The notes: generated by a model from the letters alone, not told the origin. DNA of 64,000 bases from Chloroflexota bacterium (GCA_965261345.1 OZ253449.1:288001-352000); one strand, 5' to 3'; positions 20,061 to 30,945 are shown, counted from the stretch's first letter. Numbers and translations are program-made.

Positions 20061-21801
20061 GTGGCGGCCCTAGTTTCCCCAAATCCCCGAAACGAGGCCC
20101 ACGAGAACCCACCGCTTGCGCGATCGATTGGCCTCGGTCTGCAGTTCAGCGTAATTGCGTCCGCCACCCTGTTGGTTACGCCGGTCATCGTGGCTACGGC
20201 CTCGGGGAGGGGAGAAGCATATCTGATATGGATGGTCTTTGCCTCGCTGGTGGTCGTTGGCATTTCAACCCTGGTTCAGGTCCGCCGGTTGGGGCTGGTT
20301 GGAATGGGGGCGGTATTGCCGATGTTTACCGCCGCCTTCTCCATCCCTTTCTGCATTACCGCGGTCGTGGACGGTGGCCCGGCGACCCTGACCGCCCTGA
20401 TGATCGTTGCGGCGGCGGTCCAGTTGGTAATTTCCCGGTGGCTGTTCATCCTGCGACGAATCGTGACGCCGACCGTGGGCGGAATAGTAATGATGATCCT
20501 CTCCATCACCCTGGCCTCGGTCGTATTCGGACTGCTCGATGAGGCATCAACTATCGAGCCGGTTTCGGCGCCCCTAACCGCCCTGGCAACACTGGTGGTG
20601 GTCGGGGCCCTCACGCTGCGCGGCAATGCGGTGTTGCGACTCTGGGGGCCGGTTATTGGAATCGTTGCTGGCTGCCTGGTTGCCGCAGCTTTCGGCGTTT
20701 ACGACTTTGAACGGGTCGTTCAAGCCCCCTGGGTGGGCATCCCCAACGAGTGGCCGGGGGTGGCGGTGGATTTTGGCGTCGCCTTCTGGACGCTGCTGCC
20801 GGCGTTCATGTTCCTGGGCGTGATCATTTCGATCCAGATGAACGGGGCGGCCATCGCGCTGCAGCGAGTTTCCCACCGGGAGGCCCAGGCGGTCAATTTC
20901 CGGGAGGTGCAGGGGGCACTGTCAGGTGGCGCGTTGAGCAATCTGCTCGCGGGTGTTAGCGGGGCGGTGCCCAACATCGCCAATCCGGGTATCGTCTCGT
21001 TTACCCAAATTACCGGGGTTGCGGCACGCCGGGTGGGATACATCGTTGGCTGCACATTCATTGCTGGTTGCATTCCTACCCAAGGTGTCCGGGCTGCTAA
21101 GCACCATTCCCGGACCGGTTATGACCGGATACCTGGTCCTGATCACCGGCACGCTTTTCGTTGACGGTGCGCGCACGGTAATCCAGACCGAGCGGAACCA
21201 GCACAAACTCCTGGTCGCCGGCGTCTCGTTCTGGATTGGAGCGGCGTTTCAATTTGATCTGTTCACCCTTCCGAACGTCGGCGCGGTTTGGGGCGCGATG
21301 CTAAAGAGCGGAGTAACCACCGGCGGGCTAACCGCGATGGCGGCGGTCCTGTTCCTTGAACTGACCAACAAGCGGCGTATGCGGTTCGAATCGCGGCTGC
21401 ACATCGACGCGCTTCCGGATCTAAACGAGTTCATTGCCCGGTTCGCGCGCGACCGCCGTTGGGGCGAGTCGATCCAGGACCGCCTCGGCGCGGTGGCCGA
21501 AGAGACCCTGCTGACCCTGGCGCCATTGGATCTCAGTTCCGATGGAGGGTCGCAGGATGAACGGCGTCTGGTCGTGCTGGCGACCAGCGATGGCCCGGTG
21601 GCCGACCTCGAATTCATCGGCGGCGGTAACGAGGAGAACCTGGAGGACCAAATCCGCCAGCTGCAACTGCACGACGAAGAAAGCCCCGCCGAAAACGAGA
21701 TTTCGCTGCGGCTACTGCGTCAGTACGCGGCATCGGTCCAGCACCAACAGTACTTTGACAAGGACATCATTACGGTCCGGGTGGAGCCACCCGGAAATTG
21801 A
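20061..21801 (+). pseudogene. Second NCS2/SLC23 permease with the same C-terminal domain, split by an apparent 1-nt insertion near 21060-21063 (true pseudogene or sequencing error)
   Basis: ORF 19872-21164 matches the N-terminal part of 9418-11148 (HENPP..GLQ, LRRIVTPTVGG). ORF 20953-21801 continues from LVAFLPKV through the C-terminal domain. Confidence 0.82.
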
Positions 21802-22271
21802 TTTGCCAGGGACTCTGGCAGAGCCTGGCCCGCGCCAATCAAGGCACCCCGAATTGCAATAGGATTTCGACCGCCGGCAGCGCGAGCGCCCACCGATATG
21901 ACCGTAATTTCTCTTCAATAAGCGCGTGCGAGCACCGTAATTTGCGATCACATCTCCCAAAGACCTTTCACGCTGTCGGCGGCATCGTCCATGCGGGACT
22001 CCCAGGCACACTCGGCGGGTCCTGCGAGATCTGACGGCATTGTTTGGCCCGGCACTGGCGCAATCGTTGGGGTTGCCGCAATTACCCGCGAGGCTTGCGC
22101 CACGGTTGGGTTCCCTGCACTTTGGAACACTCGCTGAACAGAGGCTGGGCAGCAGGAGGCGGTAGCTTCCCCGATGCCCCTACGGTGCCCGAGATTGTTG
22201 AAAACATTTGGATGCAACATTGGGCTCTCTCACAACCATCGGCAACGCCAATTACGGTGTTCGGTTCGGTT

Positions 22272-24059
22272 TTACCCCGGCCAAACCAGCTGAACCGTAA
22301 CGACCGTTACGCCCAACACGAGCAGCGTGAGCGGTGCACCCGCCCGCGCAAATTCGAGATAACGGTATCCGGCCACGTTGTAAACGAGCAGGTTGGCCTG
22401 ATGACCAAATGGCGTCAAAAAAGCGGTTGAGGCGGAGATCGCCACCGTAATCATTAGCCCGGTTGCCGAAATCCCCACATCTTGACCGGCCAGGGATAGT
22501 GCTATCGGGGCCATGATCACGACCGCGGTGGCATTGGCGGTGGCCTGAGTGAGGAGCGCGGTAGTTAGAAAAAGGCCCGCCACCAACGCATGCGGACCGT
22601 AACCGGCGATGGCGGCCGCCAGCTGCTCGGCGACAGCCGCAGCCACCCCGGTAGATTGCATCGCTCCCCCGATTGGAATCATCGCCCCGATAAGGATTGG
22701 CAACTGCCAATCGACGGCATCATACAGGCGGCGGCGGGAGATGACCCTGAGCGCGAGCATCGCCAGGATTCCGGCCATCACCGCAATTGCAATGTGGGTC
22801 AGACCAAGGGCCGCCACCGCAATTACGGCAACTAGCACCAGCAGCGCCCGCGGTGCGCTGGGCGAGGCATTTTCCCGATGGTCGGTTCGCTGCCCCAGCA
22901 ATAGGAAGTGGGAATCCTGGGCCAGCGCGTTTAAACCATGGCGCGGGAATTGCACCAGCAACACATCGCCGGAGCGAATGCGCAGCCGCGCCAGATTGGT
23001 GTGCAATCGTTCGCCGTGGCGCCAAATCCCCAGCACCAGGCCTCCGAAACGCTGGCCGAAACCGTATTTGGCAAGCGAGGTGTCGGCGGTGTCAAACCAG
23101 GGAGTGGCCACGATTTCGGCCACGATGGTGTTGGCGTCGTCGGCGATCGAGCCATGCCATGCCCGCGCGTGCCCGACTCCGGGGAGTTTGGCCAGGGCCA
23201 TCACATCGTCATATTCACCGGCAACCACCAACGTGTCATTGATAAAAATCTGATCGTTTGAAGTGACCGTTCGTTGGCGCGACCCGCGGCGGCGGATCTC
23301 CAACACCGAGAGGCCGTATTTGGCCCTCCAGCCGAGCTCATATAAGCGGGCGCCCGGGTCGGCAAACGAGCCGGATATCTGCAGTTCAAACAGGAAGGTG
23401 CGTACCTGTTCAACCAATCCGGCATCGCCCTGGGCCGGTCGCGAGGGCAACAGGCGATGACCGATAAGGACAAAATAAATGATCCCGGTGACCGCCACCG
23501 CCAATCCGGTGGGGGCGAAGTCGAACATCGTCAGCCGCCCTTGGCCCGACTCGTTTAGCAGGTCTGCGGCGATTATGTTAGGCGGCGTGCCGATCAGGGT
23601 GGCCAGGCCTCCAAGCAGCGATCCGAACGAAAGCGGCATCAGCAGCTTCAGGCTGGAAATCCGTGCGGTCCGCGCCATGCCGGTGACTGCCGGTAGCAGG
23701 ATGAGGGTAGCGGCAATGTTGTTGATGAACGCCGACATGGCCCCCACGCTGGCCATCGTCATGGCCAGCAGGCCGCTGCGCGATCCACCGGCCACGCGCG
23801 AGAGGAACGAGGCGATAGCCTGGGGAACGTCGGCGTCGGTGATCGCGGCTGAAAGAATGAAGAATGCGACCACCGTCACCACCGCCGGGTGGGCAAATCC
23901 CGCCAAGGCGGTGACCGGTTCGATGACGCCGGTTAGGGCCATGAGCACCAGGCCGATAACCGCCACGATTTCGGGCCTTATTTTTTCGGTAGCAAACAGA
24001 ATCACCATTCCGGTCAGGACGGCGATCGTGATCCAAGCCGAGGGGGAGAGCGATTCCAT
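22272..24059 (-). CDS. SLC13 (di/tricarboxylate/sulfate) permease with TrkA-C (RCK_C) domains
   Basis: SAFINNIAA, LGGLATLIGTPPNII, central soluble repeats, FLTPFGHQANLLVY..GY. Confidence 0.92.
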   Translation of the reverse strand: MESLSPSAWITIAVLTGMVILFATEKIRPEIVAVIGLVLMALTGVIEPVTALAGFAHPAVVTVVAFFILSAAITDADVPQAIASFLSRVAGGSRSGLLAMTMASVGAMSAFINNIAATLILLPAVTGMARTARISSLKLLMPLSFGSLLGGLATLIGTPPNIIAADLLNESGQGRLTMFDFAPTGLAVAVTGIIYFVLIGHRLLPSRPAQGDAGLVEQVRTFLFELQISGSFADPGARLYELGWRAKYGLSVLEIRRRGSRQRTVTSNDQIFINDTLVVAGEYDDVMALAKLPGVGHARAWHGSIADDANTIVAEIVATPWFDTADTSLAKYGFGQRFGGLVLGIWRHGERLHTNLARLRIRSGDVLLVQFPRHGLNALAQDSHFLLLGQRTDHRENASPSAPRALLVLVAVIAVAALGLTHIAIAVMAGILAMLALRVISRRRLYDAVDWQLPILIGAMIPIGGAMQSTGVAAAVAEQLAAAIAGYGPHALVAGLFLTTALLTQATANATAVVIMAPIALSLAGQDVGISATGLMITVAISASTAFLTPFGHQANLLVYNVAGYRYLEFARAGAPLTLLVLGVTVVTVQLVWPG

Positions 24060-24929
24060 GAGTGGGTCGGGCCGCAGTTTGGGCTAAGGGGTTCTTATCT
24101 GGTGGGACCTACTTGATTGCGCCCGCCCGGGCGCAATCGGCCCCCGCATTTTGCCCGGCCTGCGGTTGTAGCGCTGGCTCACTTGCAAAATCCCTGGGCG
24201 ATAGCGGTTCCAGCGGAAACTTTTCCGCCCCGGCCAAAATCCGGGCGGACCAGAAAACATATGCCCGGTTGCAGTCACGGATTCGACGAATACACACTGT
24301 GTCCACTTATCGACTTGGATTTTTCATCCTTTAAGCGTCGATCGCGGCTTGAACCGGATGTGGGTCGGGAATTTCGGATGCGGCAGGCTCGAAACATTGT
24401 GACTACAAATATGGAGCCGTTGCGGGCAGGTTGGGGCGAAATAGTTGGTCCAAATTACCGGGTGGAAACAGCGCCCCGAAACAGTTGCAGCGCCGACGCG
24501 GCGTTGGCCAAACGGCCAACCCGGATCGTTCCGCATTCGCGGGTGAAAACCATCGCCCCATTTCGGGATCGCGCACCCATTGAAAACGATTGCGGCGGCA
24601 GGGTGGGCGCAGAACTTTTATTTTGCCGCCTGCGGGCATTTCGGGGCATGGCCGGCGCCTCAACCGGAATCCTAAAACACCGGGAGAGTAGTCAATTGAC
24701 CCAATCCGGCCCGGGCCCAAATAGCATGGCAATCCGCTGCCGCCAGTGCGATCAAGTGACCATGCAACATCGCATCGGCGGCGCGAATCTGGGCCAGCGG
24801 GCCGGCTCGCCTTAGGGACCATTGGGCCGTACCGCCAATCGGCCTGGGCGATTCGATAACATGATCCTGCGGCGACGTAAATTAGGTCGTAAGTCGATCG
24901 GACCCTACTGCCGCCGCGTCGATCGCGCT

Positions 24930-25850
24930 ATGCATCATCACCACGGCAGGGGTGGGGACCACGGCCACGGCGTCGTAGACCCATCCATCGCTACCACCGA
25001 TCGTGGCATTTGGGCGATCAAATGGTCGTTCATCGGGTTGGCGATAACCGCCGCCGTCCAGGTGGCCGTCGTGGTTCTTTCGGGCAGCGTGGCGCTGCTT
25101 GCCGACACCATCCACAACGTGGGCGACGCCCTTACCGCGGTACCACTCTGGATCGCTTTCTGGTTCGCCCGGCTGCCTCCCAGCCGGAGGTTCAACTACG
25201 GTTTCGGCCGGGTCGAAGACCTGGCCGGAGCGGCAATTGTTTTGGTGATTGTTTTTAGCGCCGCAACCGCCCTTTACCAATCGATCGACCGATTGATTAA
25301 TCCGCGCGAGGTTGAATTCCTCTGGGCGGTTGGCGCCGCCGGTGCGATTGGATTCATCGGCAACGAGGTGGTGGCCCTCTTTCGAATCCGGGTCGGTAGA
25401 GAGATCAACAGCGCGGCCTTAATTGCCGACGGTCACCACGCAAGGATCGACGGGTTCACCAGCCTGGCGGTCGTAGCCGGGGTGATTGCAATCTGGGCCG
25501 GCTTCCCGATCGCCGACCCGATCGCCGGGCTGATCATCACCGCAGTTATTGCCAAGATCGTCTACGATTCGATCAAGTCCGTCTTCGGGCGCATGCTTGA
25601 CGGAGTGGACCCGGCGATACTGGGCGAACTTGAGCACCTTGCCGGCCATGTCGACGGTGTGGTCGCGGTCATCGATTCGCGGGCCCGCTGGATCGGGCAC
25701 CGCCTGCATGCTGAGATCCGGGTCAATCCTGACGGCAATCCCTGCCTTGCCGAGGTTCATCAATTAGAGCTCCGGGTTGCGGCTGCGCTAGGCGATGCAA
25801 TTCCTTATTTGGGCGACATCGTAGTCCGGGTTCAACCACGAGATGTTTAA
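24930..25850 (+). CDS. Cation diffusion facilitator (CDF) family transporter
   Basis: His-rich N-terminus, SVALLADTIHNVGD, FNYGFGRVEDLAG, ADGHHARIDG, ADPIAGLII. Confidence 0.93.
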   Translation: MHHHHGRGGDHGHGVVDPSIATTDRGIWAIKWSFIGLAITAAVQVAVVVLSGSVALLADTIHNVGDALTAVPLWIAFWFARLPPSRRFNYGFGRVEDLAGAAIVLVIVFSAATALYQSIDRLINPREVEFLWAVGAAGAIGFIGNEVVALFRIRVGREINSAALIADGHHARIDGFTSLAVVAGVIAIWAGFPIADPIAGLIITAVIAKIVYDSIKSVFGRMLDGVDPAILGELEHLAGHVDGVVAVIDSRARWIGHRLHAEIRVNPDGNPCLAEVHQLELRVAAALGDAIPYLGDIVVRVQPRDV

Positions 25851-25980
25851 GAATTGGACATCCTGCGGCCGCCGACCGGCGCGCCCGGGGACCATGGCCG
25901 ACGGCGGCATCACCCGGGCGGGCACCCGAATCGGGGCGCCCGCCCGGAAATCGATGTAGGCGAACTAACGCGTGGCCTAG

Positions 25981-27111
25981 TCAGCGCCGACCGGTGCGCG
26001 AGTAGGCGACGATTTCCGGCTCCAGCCAGGGCTCGACCAGCCCGGGTGCATAGCGGGCGGCCCGGTAGACATTGATGTATTGGCCGCCAAAGTAGGGCGA
26101 GTAGTAGTCCCAGACGGTCCGTCCTTTGGGGGTGACCTCAAAGAGGTGCCCGCAATCGGATTCGCAGATCAGGGTATTGCCGTTGGGAAGGCGCTGCTGG
26201 CCGGCCCGGAAGGGCGAGAAAAAGTCGGCGCCGGCGGAATATTCCCAAACCATCTGATCGGGATTGCGGGGGTCGAATTCGCGAACCGACGACCACCCGC
26301 GACGGGTTCCGTTGTCAAAGAGGAGGATATTGCCGTTAGTGAGCATCTGGGCCTGGTGTTGGCCGTCGAGCACGCCCGGCCCCCAGGCCCAGACAATTTC
26401 GCGACTGTCCTGGTCAACGATCGAAATAACATCCAGCTGCCGATGTGAGAGCAGGTAGTTTCCGGCCCGAAAACGCCGGTCGGATTGCCCCAGCGGATTT
26501 TTGGGCAGAACGGTCACGGTGTTGGTGTGTGCCCAATCGGCACGTTGCTGGCGGTGCGGGATGCCGGCGAGGTCCACAAGCTCTTCAATATGGTCGGAGA
26601 GCCACCACTCCCAGTGCACCCGCGTGTCACGGTCGATCATCAGCAACAGGTCATCCTGGATCGGCCCGCCGGCAAAGATGTCCGGGCGGTGGCGGTCTTT
26701 TTGGTAGAGCGTGAGGATGGACCCGTCCTGATAGCGGTGGAAATCGTGGTGGGTTCGCCCATGCCAGCCCCAGACGACGTTGCCATTGACATCTGATTCA
26801 AAGACGCCGCCGAAGTAGTTGTCCCAGAAAAGGGTGCCGCCAGGTTCGAGTTCGGCCCATTGGCTGTGCACCACCGGCCACTCATGAACGACCCGCCCAT
26901 TCATGTCGATGAGGTATTCGGTGCTCCCGAAAGCCGGCGAGAAAAGCGTGTAACCCTCGAAAGCAGCATCACGGTCCCAGCTCCGCACCCCAACCGGTCC
27001 GCTGTAGACCCGTGGCGGCAGGTGTTCCGACGGCGGGCCGTAATCGCGCCCTGCTTGACGTTCGGTACCGGTGCCTACCCGGTAGGGAATTCGGTGGCGC
27101 GGAATCGGCAT
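25981..27111 (-). CDS. Arylsulfotransferase (ASST)-like beta-propeller protein
   Basis: GYTLF..YLIDMNGRVVHEW, HHDF, DWAHTNTV, GQHQAQML..LLFDNG, QRLPNGNTLICE, VYRAARY. Confidence 0.85.
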   Translation of the reverse strand: MPIPRHRIPYRVGTGTERQAGRDYGPPSEHLPPRVYSGPVGVRSWDRDAAFEGYTLFSPAFGSTEYLIDMNGRVVHEWPVVHSQWAELEPGGTLFWDNYFGGVFESDVNGNVVWGWHGRTHHDFHRYQDGSILTLYQKDRHRPDIFAGGPIQDDLLLMIDRDTRVHWEWWLSDHIEELVDLAGIPHRQQRADWAHTNTVTVLPKNPLGQSDRRFRAGNYLLSHRQLDVISIVDQDSREIVWAWGPGVLDGQHQAQMLTNGNILLFDNGTRRGWSSVREFDPRNPDQMVWEYSAGADFFSPFRAGQQRLPNGNTLICESDCGHLFEVTPKGRTVWDYYSPYFGGQYINVYRAARYAPGLVEPWLEPEIVAYSRTGRR

Positions 27112-27191
27112 CTAATTTAAGTCCTTGCAGTTGACAAATGGCAAATCGGCGTTTCTAGTTTTTACAGTCGGCGGGCCGACGAAACCCCCGC

Positions 27192-28041
27192 TCACTCGAA
27201 ATTATCAAAACTCTGCCCCACCACCCGGTCGATTAGCCGCTCGCCGCAACCGCGGCAGGTAACCCATTCGTACATCCGCCAACCAACGCTGTCTTGGAGC
27301 TGGGCGGTCAACCCGCCGTCGGCCACCACCGTCGATCCGGTCATATACGACGCATCGGAGCTAGCCAGAAACGAGATGGCCGCGGTCATCTCATCCGGTC
27401 GACCGCCGCGCCCCAGGGGGAAATTTTGCGACCAGCTTTCATCACGCCCGGGTGGGCGTTAATCCCGGCCTGTAAGCGGTCGGTGAAGATCAGCCCCGGA
27501 CAGATCGCATTGACCCGTATCCCACGCAGACCCAGGTCGATCGCGGCAACCCTGGTAGGCGCGATCGCCGCGTGTCGTAAATGGTGCGGTCGGTTTCGGT
27601 CAGCGACCCGTGAGCCGAGGCCACGTTTACGATCGCGCCGTCGCCATTGCGCTCGAGCGCTGCGGTGGCGTGGCGCATCAGCAACTGGGTGGCCATCATC
27701 ATCACCTTGAATTGTTCCTGCCAATCCTCGGCCTCGACCTGGCTTATCCGGACCAATCCCCGTTTCGGGGCGGCATTGTTGACCAGGATGTCTAGCTGGC
27801 CGAATCGAGCCAGCCCCGCATCGACGACCGCGGCCGGACTTTCTGGGTCGGTCAGGTCGGCGTGCAGGTAGGCGGCCTGGCCACCGTCCGCCTGCAGGCG
27901 TTGGGCCTCAAGCTCGCCCTTTTCGTCTTGGAGGTCAACCATCGGTACCGCCGCCCTTTCATTGGCCAACCGGCGCGCGGAAGCCAGGCCGATATTCTGG
28001 GTAGCACCGGTCGCTATTGCCACACGGTTCTGATGTCGCAT
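27192..28041 (-). pseudogene. SDR family oxidoreductase, frameshifted at least twice
   Basis: TGATQNIG, LDILVNNA and IVNVASAHG in ORF 27490-28041; GIRVNAICPGLI in a second frame; FLASSDASYMTG..VADGG in a third. The YxxxK region is disrupted. Confidence 0.85.
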
Positions 28042-28203
28042 AACCGACCCTTCCGATCCTGGCTTGGTTGACGGGAATCGCAGCGATCAATTTCGCGCGT
28101 TAACGCCAGATCGTTTATCGCAGACGGGGCTAATTTTTCAGTCGGCGGCCGCGGAGCGAGCGTCGCTTCGCTCGCCGCCAACCCTTGGGCGCTAGCTGCT
28201 CAC

Positions 28204-28800
28204 CTATCCGTTGCGCAAGTCTGCCAGGTATTGATCGCCGCTCATCCGGTGGGTGGCATGCCAGCGGAATCCGGCCCGGACGGCCATCGCTTCCAGTTCG
28301 TCGGGGTCGATCCGCCGTTCCAGCGGCGGCCCGTCTTCGGAACCCCTGCGATACCATTCCACCACCGTGCAGCGTCCCTTGGGCAGCAGCAGCCGGCGAA
28401 CCGCCACCAGGAACCGGACCCGGTCGTCGGCGTGATGAACTACGCAGGCTAGCAGCAAGGCGTCAATCGACCCTTCGTCCGGCGGAAATTGGTACTCGCC
28501 GCACTTGAGCACCTCCACGTTTCCCAGCCGCGCTTCTCCCACCCGGCGGCGGCAGATCTCCAACATCTCGTCGTCCGGGTCAAGGGCAATAACCTTGCCG
28601 CGGCCCAGCGCCCGGGCCAGTGCGACCGTGTAATAGCCGGGGCCACATCCGATGTCGGCGACCGTGACGTTATCGCCCGCCAGGCAAAGTTCCAGGATCG
28701 TGGCGGTGCCGGCCCGGTGCTCGCGCTCGGGTGACAGCAGGCGCTCGATATAGCTGGTTTGGGAACTTCCGGGCGCGGGGCCGGTCGTGTCATTCGTCAT
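28204..28800 (-). CDS. Class I SAM-dependent methyltransferase
   Basis: VADIGCGPGYY, VIALD, VVHH..D, VEW..GPP..RI. Confidence 0.9.
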   Translation of the reverse strand: MTNDTTGPAPGSSQTSYIERLLSPEREHRAGTATILELCLAGDNVTVADIGCGPGYYTVALARALGRGKVIALDPDDEMLEICRRRVGEARLGNVEVLKCGEYQFPPDEGSIDALLLACVVHHADDRVRFLVAVRRLLLPKGRCTVVEWYRRGSEDGPPLERRIDPDELEAMAVRAGFRWHATHRMSGDQYLADLRNG

Positions 28801-29138
28801 GGGACCCGAGATTCCTTTGCGGCCGGATTATTTTGTCGCCAATGGGAATTTGCCGGTCGGCGCGGATCGACGCCGCCCCATTTGGAGGGGTTGGGTCTTT
28901 GCCGCTTGCCGCCCAGCGCCCGCAACGTTACCAAATTTTCAGAGCAGGTCACTGCGGCGCACTCCGATACCGGTTCAAAGTATGAGCCCCGCGGGACGGA
29001 CGTTTCCACGACCGGGCAATCGGTCGCCCTGCTCGGAGGTGATTTTGACACCCGCCGCGTCCCACGTTAGCCTCCGGTTGGCATCAGCGTGGCGGCCGCA
29101 GCACCGGCGGCTCCGAACCCGACAAGGACCCCAATTAA

Positions 29139-30104
29139 GTGTCAGTTGCCCGGCCCAAAATTGTTGTCCCAGGCGACGACCCGCCCCAGATTCAAGGGTC
29201 ACCGCACCTTGACCGGCTGCAAACCTACGGCGATGTCCGCGTTTACCGCGACCACCCATCGAACTTAGACGATCAACTTCGGCGTGTGTCCGGCGCCGGG
29301 GTCATCATTAACTCCCGCAGCAGCGTTCGGTGGCCCGGCGGTGCCCTTAGAGCGCTGCCGCAGCTTGGGTTGATCGCGACCTGTTCAATCGGCGTTGACA
29401 TGATCGATATCGAGGCAGCGCGGGAATGCGGCATCACCGTTAGCAACCAACCCGGACGCACGGCGCCGGTGGTGGCCGAACACGCGATTGGCCTGATGTT
29501 TGCAGCGGCCAAACGGGCCGCCTTCCAAACTCAAGAACTCAAGGCCGGCCGCTGGAGCCCCAGGCAAAACGTCATGCTGGCCGGCAAGACTATTGGCATC
29601 GTCGGCGTCGGCAGCGTAGGCGCAGCGGTCGCCCGGATCGCTCGCGCCCTGGGTATGGAATGCCTGGCCTGGACGTTTAACCCGTCGCCGCAACGGGAGG
29701 TTGAACTCGGCGTCGAATTCGTCGATCTTGACCGGCTCCTTGGCCAGTCCGATGTTGTCAGCCTTCACCTGCGTCTTAGCCCGCAGAGCCGCAACCTGAT
29801 CGGCGCTCGCGAACTTGGGCTGATGAAACCGGGCGCGCTGCTGGTCAATACCGGGCGCGGGGCGCTGGTGGATGAAACCGCCCTGGTGGATGCCCTCCGT
29901 AACGGGCACCTGGCGGGCGCCGGCCTGGATGTTTTCTGCCGGGAACCGCTCCCGCCTGATCATCCGATCCTGACCTGTGACCAGGTGGCTCTGACCCCAC
30001 ATGCAGCCGACCAGACCCCGGAAGGCGTCGAACTGCTTAACGAAGGCGCCGTCGCCAACGTCATCGCATTTCTTGAGGGGCGTCCGAACAATGTCGTTAC
30101 CTGA
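29139..30104 (+). CDS. D-isomer-specific 2-hydroxyacid dehydrogenase
   Basis: GVDMID, VAEHAIGL, GIVGVGSVG, DVVSLH, LVNTGRG, GLDVF..EP, TPHAA. Confidence 0.93.
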   Translation: MSVARPKIVVPGDDPPQIQGSPHLDRLQTYGDVRVYRDHPSNLDDQLRRVSGAGVIINSRSSVRWPGGALRALPQLGLIATCSIGVDMIDIEAARECGITVSNQPGRTAPVVAEHAIGLMFAAAKRAAFQTQELKAGRWSPRQNVMLAGKTIGIVGVGSVGAAVARIARALGMECLAWTFNPSPQREVELGVEFVDLDRLLGQSDVVSLHLRLSPQSRNLIGARELGLMKPGALLVNTGRGALVDETALVDALRNGHLAGAGLDVFCREPLPPDHPILTCDQVALTPHAADQTPEGVELLNEGAVANVIAFLEGRPNNVVT

Positions 30105-30945
30105 GCGATCGTTCGGCCGGCGGTCGGCCACCGGCAACGACAACCCGCATATGGTCGACCCGATGGCGGTCAACCGCGTCAACTGGAACGAGCGGACCGC
30201 CGTGCACGCGCGATCTTCGTTCTACGACCTGCAAGGTTTTCGGGACGGTCGAACTTCACTCAAATCAATCGAGCTTGGCGAGATCGGCGATGTCGCCGGC
30301 AAGGCCCTCCTCCACCTTCAGTGCCATTTCGGAATGGACACCATTTCCTGGGCACGCCGCGGTGCAAGGGCCACCGGAGTTGATTTTTCCGACGCCGCAA
30401 TCGATCTGGCGCGGTCCTTAAATGACGAGATCGGGACGGATGTGCGCTTTATTTGCTCCAACATCTACGACCTGGCGGGCCAGATCGAGGAGGATTTTGA
30501 CTTCGTCTTTACCTCCTATGGCGCCTTAGCCTGGCTGCCGGACGTAAACGCGTGGGCCGATGTGGTGGCTGAGAAACTCAAGCCGGGCGGAGTCTTCTAC
30601 ATCATCGATTTCCACCCATACCTGGGTACGCTCGGGCAGTTGGAATCCGGTCATCTCGGGCCGGAATACAACTACTTCCATGAGCGGCGCTTCATGGAGG
30701 GAAATCTGCCGAGCTACACCGGAGCTGACCTGGTCAAAAGCCCCTGTTGGGAGTGGCAGCACAGCCTGGGCGAAATCGTAACCGCCTTATCTGAGGTTGG
30801 CCTAAATATCGAGTTTCTGCATGAATTTGCATTTTGCGGATTTCGGGCATTTCCGGAAATGGAGCTCTGCCCGGACGGCTGGTGGCGATTTCCCAGCCGC
30901 AACGAATCAATCCCGCAGATGTTCTCAATCAGGGCCCGCAAATAG
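30091..30945 (+). CDS. Class I SAM-dependent methyltransferase
   Basis: NRVNWNERTAVH, LLHLQCHFGMDTISW, FTSYGALAWLPD, DFHP, EWQHSLGE. Start uncertain (30091 or slightly later). Confidence 0.9.
   Translation: MSLPERSFGRRSATGNDNPHMVDPMAVNRVNWNERTAVHARSSFYDLQGFRDGRTSLKSIELGEIGDVAGKALLHLQCHFGMDTISWARRGARATGVDFSDAAIDLARSLNDEIGTDVRFICSNIYDLAGQIEEDFDFVFTSYGALAWLPDVNAWADVVAEKLKPGGVFYIIDFHPYLGTLGQLESGHLGPEYNYFHERRFMEGNLPSYTGADLVKSPCWEWQHSLGEIVTALSEVGLNIEFLHEFAFCGFRAFPEMELCPDGWWRFPSRNESIPQMFSIRARK

Noticed and set aside
24060-24929. Long intergenic region with a 232-aa ORF (24117-24815)
   Set aside because: Arg/Pro-rich composition typical of spurious GC-rich ORFs; no RNA motif recognised.
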